Source of the DNA: an uncultured Planctomycetales bacterium
GTDB lineage: Bacteria; Planctomycetota; Phycisphaerae; UBA1845; PWPN01
Direction: 5' to 3'
NCBI GenBank assembly: GCA_964401335.1
Contig: CAYNYK010000002.1
Coordinates: 67,630 to 131,629 of the forward strand
DNA: 64,000 nt
Below are positions 1-9,112 of this stretch, in pieces. Both the position numbers and the translations under genes were made by a program. The notes under the pieces were generated by a model. It saw only the letters and a list, made by a program, of their open reading frames with translations. It was not told the origin of the DNA and made no database searches. Each line of letters opens with the position of its first letter. The stretch's first letter is position 1.

Positions 1-1036
1 CGTTCAGCCGCATGGCCGGCAGAGTGAAAGAGGCCAGTCGTTCGGCGATCTCGTCATGATCCATCCCGAACCGCCGGGCCACGGCGACGGCCGCCAGGGC
101 GTTCATCCCGTTGTGCCGACCCGGGACCGGTAAACGATAGACAAAACGATCGTTGACCTCGAAAACCAGCCCCGGCAAACCCGCGGACCCGGTATCCATC
201 GGCTCAACCCGCAGATCGGTCAGACGCAAATCGGCCTCCGGCCAGCGGCCGAAATATACCAGTTTCTGCCGGCTCAGTTCCCGGTCCTTGTGAATCGTCT
301 CCCGGATCACTTCCTGATCCGCGTGGACTACGCCGCAACCCTCACCCCGCAGGAAACGCAACAAAGACAATTTTTCGGCGGCGATTTTTTCCAGGCTGCC
401 CAGCCCGGCCAGATGGGCTTCCGATACGCCGGTGATTACCGCGACCTCCGGCTCAACCAGATAAGCCAATTCGGCGATCTCGCCCAAATGATTGGTGCCC
501 ACCTCGCAAATGAGAAACTTGTCCTTGGCCTCGGCCGACAGCAGGGTTAGGGGTACGCCGATCGCGTTGTTAAAACTCTTGATCGAAGCCTTGCCCGGCC
601 AACGACCGGTCAGAATATGAGCGATCATCGTTTTCGTCGTGGTCTTGCCGTTACTGCCGGTCACCGCCACCACGGTCACGCCGCCAGCCAAAACGGACCG
701 GCGGTAATAGCGGGCCAGGCGGCCGAGAGCCTTGACCGTGTCGTCCACCCGAATCAAAAACGCCGGAGGCGCCGGTTGCGTTCGCAGGCCGCGCGGACCG
801 CGCACCGCCTTCGGCACGTAGTCATTGCGAACCACCGCGGCAATCGCTCCCTCGGCCACCGCCCGATCCACAAAATCGTGTCCATCGAAACGTTCGCCGG
901 GAATAGCCACGAACAAATCGCCCGGCTCGACATCCCGCGAATCCGTGGTAACGCGGGTCACATTTCCTAAAGGCGCGGCCCGATCGCAGGTTCCCTGCAT
1001 GGCCGACACCACTTCTTCCAGCGTCAAGGGTTTCAT
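1..1036 (-). CDS. murF: UDP-N-acetylmuramoyl-tripeptide--D-alanyl-D-alanine ligase MurF (3' end runs off the window start)
   Basis: Absent from the ORF track because it stays open to position 1. My reverse-strand translation from the ATG at 1036..1034 gives MKPLTLEEVVSAMQG... and the Mur-ligase P-loop AVTGSNGKTTTKTMIAHIL. It lies directly downstream of murE. Confidence 0.85.
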   Translation of the reverse strand, partial: MKPLTLEEVVSAMQGTCDRAAPLGNVTRVTTDSRDVEPGDLFVAIPGERFDGHDFVDRAVAEGAIAAVVRNDYVPKAVRGPRGLRTQPAPPAFLIRVDDTVKALGRLARYYRRSVLAGGVTVVAVTGSNGKTTTKTMIAHILTGRWPGKASIKSFNNAIGVPLTLLSAEAKDKFLICEVGTNHLGEIAELAYLVEPEVAVITGVSEAHLAGLGSLEKIAAEKLSLLRFLRGEGCGVVHADQEVIRETIHKDRELSRQKLVYFGRWPEADLRLTDLRVEPMDTGSAGLPGLVFEVNDRFVYRLPVPGRHNGMNALAAVAVARRFGMDHDEIAERLASFTLPAMRLN

Positions 1037-1041
1037 AAAAG

Positions 1042-1128
1042 AGCTTTCAGCTATCAGCTTTCAGCGATCAGCCACTGGTTATCGGCGATCAGCAACCGGT
1101 AATCAGTTTTCAGCGATCGGCAGCTAAT
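1042..1128. repeat. Degenerate short-word tandem repeat built from (A/T)TCAGC / GATCAGC words, between murF and murE
   Basis: Sequence reads agctttcagctatcagctttcagcgatcagccactggttatcggcgatcagcaaccggtaatcagttttcagcgatcggcagc. It produces the shadow peptide SAISFQRSATGYRRSATGNQFSAIGS in ORF 825..1127. Confidence 0.6.
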
Positions 1129-1164
1129 GATCCACAAGTATCGTTTCCCAACCCATTCCGAGAG

Positions 1165-2760
1165 CTATGATGAACACATACAACCATCCCTTTTCCCCAT
1201 CGCTTCGGCGGCTATGGCGGCATCATCAAATGGCAATTTTTCCCGCCCGATGATCTGATAATTTTCGTGGCCTTTGCCCGCCAGCAATACGATATCCCCT
1301 GATTCGGCCAAGCCGATTATTTCCGCAATCGCTCGCCGCCGATCCGGCTCGATCCGTACTTTCGACCGTTGTTGCTGAGTAAAACCGGCTAATATATCCT
1401 CAATAATCTTGCCCGGCTCCTCGCTTCGCGGATTGTCGGAAGTCACCATGACCAGATCGGCATACTGAGCAGCCACATGAGCCATCCGCGGCCGCTTGGT
1501 GCGATCCCGGTCGCCCCCGCAACCGAAAAGTACCATTAATCGGCCGCGGGTCAAAGGACGCAGGGCTTTCAATACATTCTGTAAGGCGTCATCCGTATGC
1601 GCGTAATCGACCAGCACGGTATAATCGCTCTCGCGTTCCGTTCCGTCGGCGCCTAGCGGTTGCACCCGCTGCATGCGCCCGGGTACGCCGCGTACGGCGG
1701 CCAGTCCGCTCGCGATGTTCTCCAAGTCGATCCCCAAAGCCGCGGCGGCGGCGGCCGCCGCCAGACAATTCTGCACATTGTGACGACCCACCATTACCGT
1801 GCGGATCGGGCAACGTCGTTCCCCTCCTCCGTCCGGACCCACCGCGGCCGCCAGCACCAGGTCGAATAAGGATCCGTCGGCCTGAATGTTCCGTATCACG
1901 CCGTAGACATCCAGATCGCGTTCTTCCTTTCCGTTTGCGTTTATGACCCCGTAGCGCAGAATACGCGCCCGGCAATCGGTCACGATCCGCTCACCGGCCG
2001 GATCATCCAGGTTGACTACCGCCGTTGCCCGCTCGTCCAAACCGTCGAACAGTTTTTTCTTGGCCCGCAGATAATTTTCCATATCGTGGTGGTAATCCAG
2101 ATGATCGCCGGTCAGGTTGCTGAACACCCCGACATCAAAACGCAAACCCTCGCAACGCCCCTGATCCAGTGCATGACTGGAAACCTCCATCACCGCGTGG
2201 GTCGCCCCCGCTTGAACCGCCTCCGCCAAATAGCCCATTAACGTCACCGGCGGTGGCGTGGTCATGGCCGCCTCGATCGTTCGCCCGATCAGATCATATT
2301 GAATCGTGCCCAATAAGGCCGTCGGATGATGTGCCGTTTCCAGAATGGATTTTAACAGATAACAAAACGTGCTTTTCCCGTTCGTCCCGGTGATGCCGAC
2401 GAGATGGAAACGCCCCTCGCTCTGCCGCCGGTCCAGCCCATGAAACGTCGCCGCCAGTCGCGCCGCCACGCCCCGCGTGGAAGGCAGAACCAGGCGGGCA
2501 ACCGTATCAGGAACGTCCACCGGCCGTTCGCAAATGACCGCGGAAGCCCCGGCTTGCACGGCCTTGTCAATATAGTCGTGCCCATCGACCTGGGTACCGC
2601 GCGTGGCGACGAAACAGGCGCCTTGACCCGCTTGACGGGAATCATCGACAACCGCGGTAATGAAGGGATCGGCGGCGTGACCTCGCCCAGAGGTCAGGCC
2701 CGCGCGGGTAATCAGCCAACTCCATTTCACTTGGTGGATTGACGAAGTCATCCATGACAT
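1165..2760 (-). CDS. murE: UDP-N-acetylmuramoyl-L-alanyl-D-glutamate--2,6-diaminopimelate ligase MurE
   Basis: 531-aa ORF with the P-loop GITGTNGKST, the Mur-ligase central and C-terminal domains, and a DNPR motif (TSDNPRSEEP) typical of meso-DAP-adding MurE. dcw context. Confidence 0.93.
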   Translation of the reverse strand: MSWMTSSIHQVKWSWLITRAGLTSGRGHAADPFITAVVDDSRQAGQGACFVATRGTQVDGHDYIDKAVQAGASAVICERPVDVPDTVARLVLPSTRGVAARLAATFHGLDRRQSEGRFHLVGITGTNGKSTFCYLLKSILETAHHPTALLGTIQYDLIGRTIEAAMTTPPPVTLMGYLAEAVQAGATHAVMEVSSHALDQGRCEGLRFDVGVFSNLTGDHLDYHHDMENYLRAKKKLFDGLDERATAVVNLDDPAGERIVTDCRARILRYGVINANGKEERDLDVYGVIRNIQADGSLFDLVLAAAVGPDGGGERRCPIRTVMVGRHNVQNCLAAAAAAAALGIDLENIASGLAAVRGVPGRMQRVQPLGADGTERESDYTVLVDYAHTDDALQNVLKALRPLTRGRLMVLFGCGGDRDRTKRPRMAHVAAQYADLVMVTSDNPRSEEPGKIIEDILAGFTQQQRSKVRIEPDRRRAIAEIIGLAESGDIVLLAGKGHENYQIIGREKLPFDDAAIAAEAMGKRDGCMCSS

Positions 2761-2870
2761 CCTTTACAGCGGATTGAACAAGCCTCCGCATGCTTTTTTA
2801 TTCGGGGGATGATTATACCCGGATAGGCCGGAAAATATCGACATCAATCGCCCTGGAGCGGCGAAACAGG

Positions 2871-4622
2871 TTAATCCCCCGGAGTATTCCCGCGCGCCAA
2901 ACGCCCGGCCATAACGGCCTGCTTGTCCGGCGGCACGTTCAGATAAGGCAATACCTGCTCGAAAATCGCCTTGACCACCGGGGCGGAAACACTGCCGCCG
3001 TAATACGGATACCCTTTGGGCTTACGCACCATGACCACGGCCACCACCACCGGATCACTGGCCGGGGCGGCAGCCATAAAAGAAGCCAGATAAGCCCCTG
3101 GCTCATAACCCCGGCGGTTGCGGAAGGGAACCTGGGCCGTACCGGTCTTGCCCATCGCCTCCCATTTGTCCATCATGCAAGCTCGGCCGGTGCCTTCCGT
3201 GGACACCACGCGTTTCAGCATTTCGCTGACCATGGCGGAGACCTCCGGATCAATCGCTTGCCCCAGCAGGACCGGCTGACTGTGGTCCTCAATAAGGTTC
3301 CCGTAATGGTCTATCACCGCCCGAACCACCCGTGGCTGATACCGTCGGCCGCCGTTGATAATCGCCGAAAACGCCGTGGCCAGTTGAATCGGGGTGGGGG
3401 CCAATTCCTGCCCCATCGGCACGGATGTGGTGGTGTAGGAATTCCAGCTCGATAGGGGCATGAACATGCCCGGACTCTCGCCATGCAAGTCAATGCCGGT
3501 CAATTGCCCAAACCCGAAATCATGAAGATGTTTGTACATCTTGGCGTTACCCAGCCGCAAGCCAAGCTTGGCCATGCCGATATTGCTCGACTTGATGAGT
3601 ATCTGGGCAACGGTCAGGCCGCCGTAGGGATGAACATCGTGGAGCAACCGCTTGCCGATCCGAAACGCGCCGCTTTCACAATGGATGATCTCCTCCGGCC
3701 GGGCCAGCTTCTCCGCCAACGCCGCACACATCACGAAAGGTTTGAAAATACTGCCCGGCTCGACCGGGTCGGTCAGAATACGATTGCGGCGGTTGTCGCT
3801 GGGAAAATCGTTCGGGCGGGCCGGATCGAAACTCGGATAATTCGCCATCGCCAGAATTTCGCCGTTCTGGGGGTTCATCAGCAGCGCGACCCCGCTTTCC
3901 GCTTGACGGGCCTGAACCTGCTTGGCCAACTCCCGTTCGACGATTTCCTGGATGGCCATGTCGATCGTCAGCACGATATGCAAACCGTTTTTGGGAGGGA
4001 CAAACGAATTCGGCTTGGAAAAGACGGCTCGGCGACCCGCGTCACAATATACGATCCGCTTTCCGGGAACCGCCCGCAAATGTCGTTCCCAGGCCAATTC
4101 CAGACCGTCCAACCCTCGCCCGTCCGAGCTGACAAAACCCACCACCTGGGCGGCCAATTCGCCCATCGGATACGTCCGGGCCGGCTCGTCCTGCAGGCCG
4201 ACACCCTCCATGTCCAACGCCCGGATAGCCTCGGCCTCCGGTGGCTCCAGGTACCGCTTAAGGACCACGAAGCGGGGTGAAGTGGGCTTGTCCAATAGTT
4301 TTTGTATATCCGCCGGGCTTTGATGAAGGATCGGAGCCAGACGCGCCGCCGCCTCGGCATGATCTCCGATCAGTAACGGGTCGGCATAAACGGTGGGACA
4401 TTCACGGCTGCCGGCCACCACGCGTTGTCGCCGATCCAGAATCGCCCCCCGCCGGCCGGGCAGGATGATTTCACGATATTGATATTGCTCCGACCAGGCC
4501 GACAATTCGGGGCGCATGACCGTTTGAATGTAAACGAGGCGACCGATCAGGGCCAGAAAGGCCAACACCACCAGAACAATCAGGGCTTGCCCCATTCGCA
4601 CCCGTTGACCTGCCCGTCGCAT
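2871..4622 (-). CDS. ftsI: Class B penicillin-binding protein / peptidoglycan D,D-transpeptidase FtsI
   Basis: 583 aa with an N-terminal TM helix. Carries SxxK (SIFKP), SxN (KSSNIG) and KTG (GKTGTAQ) motifs. GGGAGGA RBS ahead of the ATG at 4622. Confidence 0.92.
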   Translation of the reverse strand: MRRAGQRVRMGQALIVLVVLAFLALIGRLVYIQTVMRPELSAWSEQYQYREIILPGRRGAILDRRQRVVAGSRECPTVYADPLLIGDHAEAAARLAPILHQSPADIQKLLDKPTSPRFVVLKRYLEPPEAEAIRALDMEGVGLQDEPARTYPMGELAAQVVGFVSSDGRGLDGLELAWERHLRAVPGKRIVYCDAGRRAVFSKPNSFVPPKNGLHIVLTIDMAIQEIVERELAKQVQARQAESGVALLMNPQNGEILAMANYPSFDPARPNDFPSDNRRNRILTDPVEPGSIFKPFVMCAALAEKLARPEEIIHCESGAFRIGKRLLHDVHPYGGLTVAQILIKSSNIGMAKLGLRLGNAKMYKHLHDFGFGQLTGIDLHGESPGMFMPLSSWNSYTTTSVPMGQELAPTPIQLATAFSAIINGGRRYQPRVVRAVIDHYGNLIEDHSQPVLLGQAIDPEVSAMVSEMLKRVVSTEGTGRACMMDKWEAMGKTGTAQVPFRNRRGYEPGAYLASFMAAAPASDPVVVAVVMVRKPKGYPYYGGSVSAPVVKAIFEQVLPYLNVPPDKQAVMAGRLARGNTPGD

Positions 4623-4632
4623 AAATCCTCCC

Positions 4633-4905
4633 TTAATCTCCGACGGATGGGGCGGGGGCCATTTGCGGAAGGCTTCGCCCGTCGGCCAATCCGAGACGCT
4701 CCGCCCGCTCCCGAATCATCCGCGGGCTGCGCAGGCGGGCCATCTCCATTTCCTGCTCCCAGATGCGCTGATGCAACTGTTGCTGCTGGAGGTGCAGCTT
4801 TTGAACCTGGCGGGCATGTTTGGCCTGGTCGGCACGCAGAATGACCACGGCGATACCGATGGTCGCCAGCGCCGATAAGACACCCACCATTCGTGGCATG
4901 GTCAT
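4633..4905 (-). CDS. FtsL-like small bitopic cell-division protein
   Basis: 90 aa with one N-terminal TM helix (VGVLSALATIGIAVVIL) followed by a coiled-coil-like Q/L-rich segment. Sits immediately upstream of ftsI. Its start overlaps the LysM gene stop in ATGA (4902-4905). Confidence 0.6.
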   Translation of the reverse strand: MTMPRMVGVLSALATIGIAVVILRADQAKHARQVQKLHLQQQQLHQRIWEQEMEMARLRSPRMIRERAERLGLADGRSLPQMAPAPSVGD

Positions 4906-6017
4906 GCCGATGCTCGCTGTGATTCCCCGTTCTGCGTCAATGATCGCTTGTTAGGGAGTTTAATCTTCATGCCCGGCGTCATTCGGGTCGGGTCCACCCC
5001 GGGATTCAACTTCTTGATTTCCGTCCAGTACTTTTTGGATCCGAGTTGTTTCTCGGCAATGTTGGTGAAGGTGTCCCGGGGCTGAACGATATATTCTTGA
5101 TGCGCCGGCTTGGCCGAGCTATCCACCGAGGTTGATACCGTGCCGGTTTTCGACTTGTCGCCTTCCTTCGTGACCGGCTTGAAATCCTCAGGCGCTCGGC
5201 GATCGTTCGTCGCGCTCGTGCCTTGAAGCAATTGATCCACCCGGACCAGACGCTCGCCGGAGCCGGAAACGTTCACGCTCTCCACCGGCTCAAACAAGTC
5301 CGAAGGCAGTTGAGGAAGAACGATCTTCTGTCCGACCACCAGTGAATCCTTATCCTTGATGATCTTGGCGTTGGCCTGAACAATATGCTCGACCACCGCG
5401 GTCTTGGAACTCTTGTATTCATCCTTGGCGATCTTCCACAACGTATCGCCGCGCTGGACGACGTACTCCTTGAGCGACGCGGATTCTGCCGATCCGGCCG
5501 AATCGGGAGTCAGAGCGGGGCTCTTGCGGGGCTGGTTCTCCCGCTCCGTCGGTATTGGATCGGGTATCGTCCGTTCGAATAGCGGGTTCGGCGGGGCCTT
5601 GCGACCCTGGGCCTCGGCCAACGTTGACACGACGGCGGAATCTTGCCCGCCGGTCTTACTCTCCAGAGCCACCAGATCGGTACCCGGCGAAGGCGAATCG
5701 AGGGAATCCACGCTCGGTAAGCGAATAATGTCATCGATCACAAGGCTCGAAGCGATCCCCTCGTTTTCCGCGCTCGCTCCCGACGGGAACATGCCGGATA
5801 CGTTATTGACCGTCCCTTCCGCACGCCCCCGAGCAAAGGTATTTTCCGGCTCAACCGTACCCCGTCCCAGCGGCAAGGTGTCCGTGGCAGTTTTTTGCGC
5901 CAGATTGACCAGACTCTTTTCCGTGGGCGGCGCCGGATCATGATTCGAAAGGAGAACCGCAAATACAACAATGAAACCCAAACCGACCAGCAGACCAATC
6001 TTCGTCTCGCGGGTCAT
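4902..6017 (-). CDS. Membrane-anchored protein with two LysM peptidoglycan-binding domains
   Basis: N-terminal TM helix (KIGLLVGLGFIVVFAVLL). Two LysM-like blocks: YVVQRGDTLWKIAKDEY...GQKIVLP and YIVQPRDTFTNIAEKQL...GMKIKLP. I prefer the ATG at 6017, which has a GGAGG RBS, over the track TTG start at 6035. Confidence 0.8.
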   Translation of the reverse strand: MTRETKIGLLVGLGFIVVFAVLLSNHDPAPPTEKSLVNLAQKTATDTLPLGRGTVEPENTFARGRAEGTVNNVSGMFPSGASAENEGIASSLVIDDIIRLPSVDSLDSPSPGTDLVALESKTGGQDSAVVSTLAEAQGRKAPPNPLFERTIPDPIPTERENQPRKSPALTPDSAGSAESASLKEYVVQRGDTLWKIAKDEYKSSKTAVVEHIVQANAKIIKDKDSLVVGQKIVLPQLPSDLFEPVESVNVSGSGERLVRVDQLLQGTSATNDRRAPEDFKPVTKEGDKSKTGTVSTSVDSSAKPAHQEYIVQPRDTFTNIAEKQLGSKKYWTEIKKLNPGVDPTRMTPGMKIKLPNKRSLTQNGESQRASA

Positions 6018-6147
6018 GATAACCTCCGTGTCCAAGTACTAAGCGGCCGCCTTCCGGGACGGTCGACAGGGCCTATTGTATTCAACGCCACCCGTTGAAC
6101 AATCCCTCACTCCCATTTTTCGCCGGTAATTTTACGAACTCGATCTC

Positions 6148-7077
6148 TTAGCCAACCGGCAACCGCGCCACGACGCGCAACTTGGCGCTGCGGGCTCGCG
6201 GATTCCGCTCGATTTCCTCCCTTGATGGTGTCATCGGCTTTTTCGTTCGAATCTCATAAAGCCCTCTGGCCTTGCGCGCGAGAAAATCATGTTTAACCAG
6301 ACGGTCTTCGCCGCTGTGAAAGCTGATGATCCCCACCCGCCCGCCCGGACGCAGCCGATCCGGCAACAAATCCAGCAAAGCCTGCAGATTTTCCACTTCC
6401 CTGTTCACCGCCATGCGTAACGCAAGAAATACACGGGTGGCCGGATGAATCCGCCCGGCCCTGGACTGCGCAGGCTCGCCGACGGCGGAACAGACGATCC
6501 GAACCAACTCCGACGTTCGCCAGATTCGTCCCTCGTGCCGGACCTTGCAGATCCGCCGGGCAATACGCCGACTGAAACGCTCCTGACTGAGGTTATAAAA
6601 CAGATCGGCCAGCTCGTTTTCACCCAGGGCGTTGATCAGATCAGCGGCGGTGGTATTCAAACGGCGGTCCAGCCGCATGTCTAGTGGACCATCCTCCGTG
6701 AAACTCAAACCCAACTCCGAGTCCAGTAGCTGATCCGTGCTGGGCCCCAAGTCGGCCAAGACCACATCCACCTGGGGTTGCCCCAAAAGATCAAGTTGTT
6801 CGCCGAGTTCACGAAAATTGGCCCGCAAAAGGCTGATAACGGGGCGCTTGTCCGCCGGCGCGATCCCTTCCAGGTGCCGACGGGCCCGTTCCAGATTATT
6901 TTCATCCACGTCCAAACCGATCAGTCGACCGGTTGGTCCAATAGCCTCGGCCATCAACCGGGCATGTCCCCCATGCCCCACGGTGGCATCCACTACCGTT
7001 TCCCCCGGCCGAGGAGCCAGCAACGACAATACCTCCCCGCATAAAACGGGTTCATGCTCAATCCGATCACGCTGCAC
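6148..7077 (-). CDS. rsmH: 16S rRNA (cytosine1402-N4)-methyltransferase RsmH
   Basis: 309 aa with HEPVLCGEVL and the SAM motif DATVGHGGHA. GTG start. dcw context. Confidence 0.93.
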   Translation of the reverse strand: MQRDRIEHEPVLCGEVLSLLAPRPGETVVDATVGHGGHARLMAEAIGPTGRLIGLDVDENNLERARRHLEGIAPADKRPVISLLRANFRELGEQLDLLGQPQVDVVLADLGPSTDQLLDSELGLSFTEDGPLDMRLDRRLNTTAADLINALGENELADLFYNLSQERFSRRIARRICKVRHEGRIWRTSELVRIVCSAVGEPAQSRAGRIHPATRVFLALRMAVNREVENLQALLDLLPDRLRPGGRVGIISFHSGEDRLVKHDFLARKARGLYEIRTKKPMTPSREEIERNPRARSAKLRVVARLPVG

Positions 7078-7260
7078 ATTAAACTCGGATCACAAATGGC
7101 CAGATTGACTTCCATTCCCCGATAACCGTATATGCGCCGGAGGGCCGAGAGCGGCCAAACCGCCGTCTGCTCCCATGAAAGCATGAAAGGGTCACCCCAG
7201 TCATACATAACTATATGTTTATAATGACATTACATGCAGATAGATCAGCTCATCCCTGCT

Positions 7261-7303
7261 AAAAAAATGGGGCTCGTCCAGCCTCCCTGCCGACGTTAGC
7301 CCC
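7261..7303 (-). terminator. Rho-independent terminator candidate between mraZ and rsmH
   Basis: The minus strand reads GGGGCTaaCGTCggcagggaggctgGACGAGCCCC followed by ATTTTTTT. That is a GC-rich interrupted stem plus a 7-T run. Confidence 0.55.
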
Positions 7304-7511
7304 GATCCTCCTGGCTTTTTGATCTGAATATGCGTACGATACCATTATCGCGATCCTCGCATCGGCGAGCTAAAGCCGCCACTCCCGCCGATGACAAAAC
7401 CACTCTCAGCCCCACTGGCGATTCGACCACGCCGTCGAATCGCACGTCGGCTGCCATGATCGCGGTAACCTCCCGTCGGCCTCGAGCCGATCGTTCGTAG
7501 CATGTATCCAT
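7296..7511 (-). CDS. Possible small ORF (71 aa) with weak resemblance to the N-terminal domain of methylated-DNA-protein-cysteine methyltransferases
   Basis: ORF ...VRFDGVVESPVGLRVVLSSAGVAALA... recalls the SPxG...G(L/V)xxL N-domain pattern of Ogt/MGMT, but no PCHR active-site domain follows. Its stop lies inside the terminator stem. Third-position GC is only moderate. Confidence 0.25.
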   Translation of the reverse strand: MDTCYERSARGRREVTAIMAADVRFDGVVESPVGLRVVLSSAGVAALARRCEDRDNGIVRIFRSKSQEDRG

Positions 7512-7783
7512 GATCACCAAGAGGTGATCAGCCCGGCGACTCCTTTCGCTTCTTGCGCTGAATTCGCCTTAGGCTTTGGCCGCCCCATCCGCCAACCACG
7601 CCATCAGCGGATGAAGCCCTGTTGTCGGTACGCCCGACTGTTTCCACTCGCCACGGCACACCGGACCCTACCGCCTGTGCCACTCGTTTGCTCCCGAATT
7701 TCAGTCCCCAAACCCCATATCATCTATTTTTCAGGATGCAAACCCGTTTATGACCTCCTCGCTCTCACGGCCATACCAGCCGT

Positions 7784-8260
7784 TCATCGCTCCCCGTTAA
7801 CTTTGGATAATTCTGTTCTTAACTGAGCCTGACGCAATAAATCAGGATAACGACTCCAGTTTCGCTCCATGAATGAGGCGTAATCCTCCCGATTCCATAA
7901 GACCAAATGATCCCTCGCCCCGGTCATGGTGACCCGTTTACCGAGACCGACATGATCCAAGGCACGTTGGGGTAAAACCACCCGCCCTTGCCGGTCTATA
8001 TCCAACACGGTAGCCATCGAATAGAAAACCGCCTCGAAGTCCTCTTTCTCCTCGCCTTCTTGAAGGGAACTGTGATATTGTTCGGCATAACGCTCGAAGT
8101 ATTTGTCCGCGTAGAGACTTAACGTACCCCTCCGTTTGCCCGGCACCAGATAAAAACGACTGCCGTCCTTTTCCGCATCCATGTCCGCGCGAATGCCTGC
8201 GGGTATTGACAACCGGTTCTTGGGGTCGATGGCCAAATCATAGGTGCCTGTATAAAGCAT
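7784..8260 (-). CDS. mraZ: Transcriptional regulator MraZ
   Basis: 158 aa with two SpoVT/AbrB-like halves carrying DPKNRLSIPAGIR and DRQGRVVLPQRAL. First gene of the dcw cluster. Confidence 0.92.
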   Translation of the reverse strand: MLYTGTYDLAIDPKNRLSIPAGIRADMDAEKDGSRFYLVPGKRRGTLSLYADKYFERYAEQYHSSLQEGEEKEDFEAVFYSMATVLDIDRQGRVVLPQRALDHVGLGKRVTMTGARDHLVLWNREDYASFMERNWSRYPDLLRQAQLRTELSKVNGER

Positions 8261-8296
8261 GAATCTCTAACCCGAAGACGATCGCCGAATTGTTTT

Positions 8297-8352
8297 ATCC
8301 CACAACTAGGTCTTATATGGGAATTCATACCACACTATCCCACTTTGTTCAA
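8297..8352 (-). promoter_or_regulatory. Putative mraZ promoter with GTGGGAT (MraZ-box-like) repeats
   Basis: Minus strand: TTGAAC (8352-8347), a 17-nt spacer, then TATGAA (8329-8324). GTGGGAT occurs at 8343-8337 and 8303-8297, and GTGTGGT at 8335-8329. MraZ operators in E. coli are repeats of a TGGGN-type box. Confidence 0.35.
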
Positions 8353-8642
8353 GGGTTTTCTTCAAGAAAATGACCCGATTCAAAAATTTTTTTTATCGGA
8401 ACCAACCAGGCACCAAGATATGGAGGTCAAAAACGCTCAATTACCAAATAAAAGGGGGGTAGAGAAAGCTAGAACAAAAAAGATGACCAAAGAAAGACGA
8501 AGGGCCGTCAGGATTTTTCTTCATGAATCGAAACAATCATTAACTTGGCGACTGGCAACTGGGCAAAGTGAACATGATTAGGGTATTCACACCCAAATTT
8601 TATCCGAACAACAAATGAACTTCTCTTTGGTTTGCGCGATTA

Positions 8643-9077
8643 TCATTCGGGAGCAGGACCGGGGCCCGCCACCAGATGCATTACGTAGAGCCGCCGCTCC
8701 ATGAGCAATTCATCATTGGCCAGCAACTGAATGCGATATTCACCCGGCGTCTCGAACGTCAGATTCGTCAGGACGAAATTGAGTTCCGCCACCATCCGCG
8801 GATCGCGGAAATCGAGGGCCGCCTCCCTCGAAAACAGCGGCGGCCGGTTCTCATCCGCCCCCACCAGACTCAGGCGGATTCGCGTTTTTCCATGCCCGTT
8901 GGTCATGGCCACATGAATCGCCATCTGACGATGTACGACCGGAAACTGCCGGGCGTTGATCGTCGAAAACGTACCCAGAATCGTGCATTTGTGCGTGGCT
9001 GGATCCTGGTAGATCGCATCACACAGAATCATGGCCAGCACCACCGGCGCCGGCGGACCCACACGTGCATCGGGCAT
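8643..9077 (-). CDS. Hypothetical protein
   Basis: 144 aa counted from the ATG at 9077, which has an AAGGAG RBS (the track start at 9092 is TTG). No motif I can assign. The pattern ILCDAIYQDPATHKCTILGTF...FPVVHRQMAIHVAMTNGHG suggests a small beta-rich domain of unknown function. Confidence 0.7.
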   Translation of the reverse strand: MPDARVGPPAPVVLAMILCDAIYQDPATHKCTILGTFSTINARQFPVVHRQMAIHVAMTNGHGKTRIRLSLVGADENRPPLFSREAALDFRDPRMVAELNFVLTNLTFETPGEYRIQLLANDELLMERRLYVMHLVAGPGPAPE

Positions 9078-9112
9078 AAAAATCTCCTTCAAGATAATTG
9101 TAGCATAAAAAC

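Noticed and set aside
7262-7783. RNase P RNA, tmRNA or cobalamin riboswitch in the mraZ-rsmH spacer
   Set aside because: I looked on both strands for the GGAAAGTCCGG and ACAGAACCCGGC motifs (RNase P). I also looked for a tag reading frame with a GGTTCGA-type T-arm and CCA end (tmRNA), and for a GCCACTG B12 box in context. Only loose resemblances appeared (GAAAGGAGTCGCCGGGC, CCCACTGGCG), in the wrong order or context.
8345-8581. 78-aa plus-strand ORF upstream of mraZ
   Set aside because: It lies in an A-rich, low-GC spacer, with Lys-rich low-complexity translation and no RBS. The region is better explained as the mraZ promoter and leader on the other strand.
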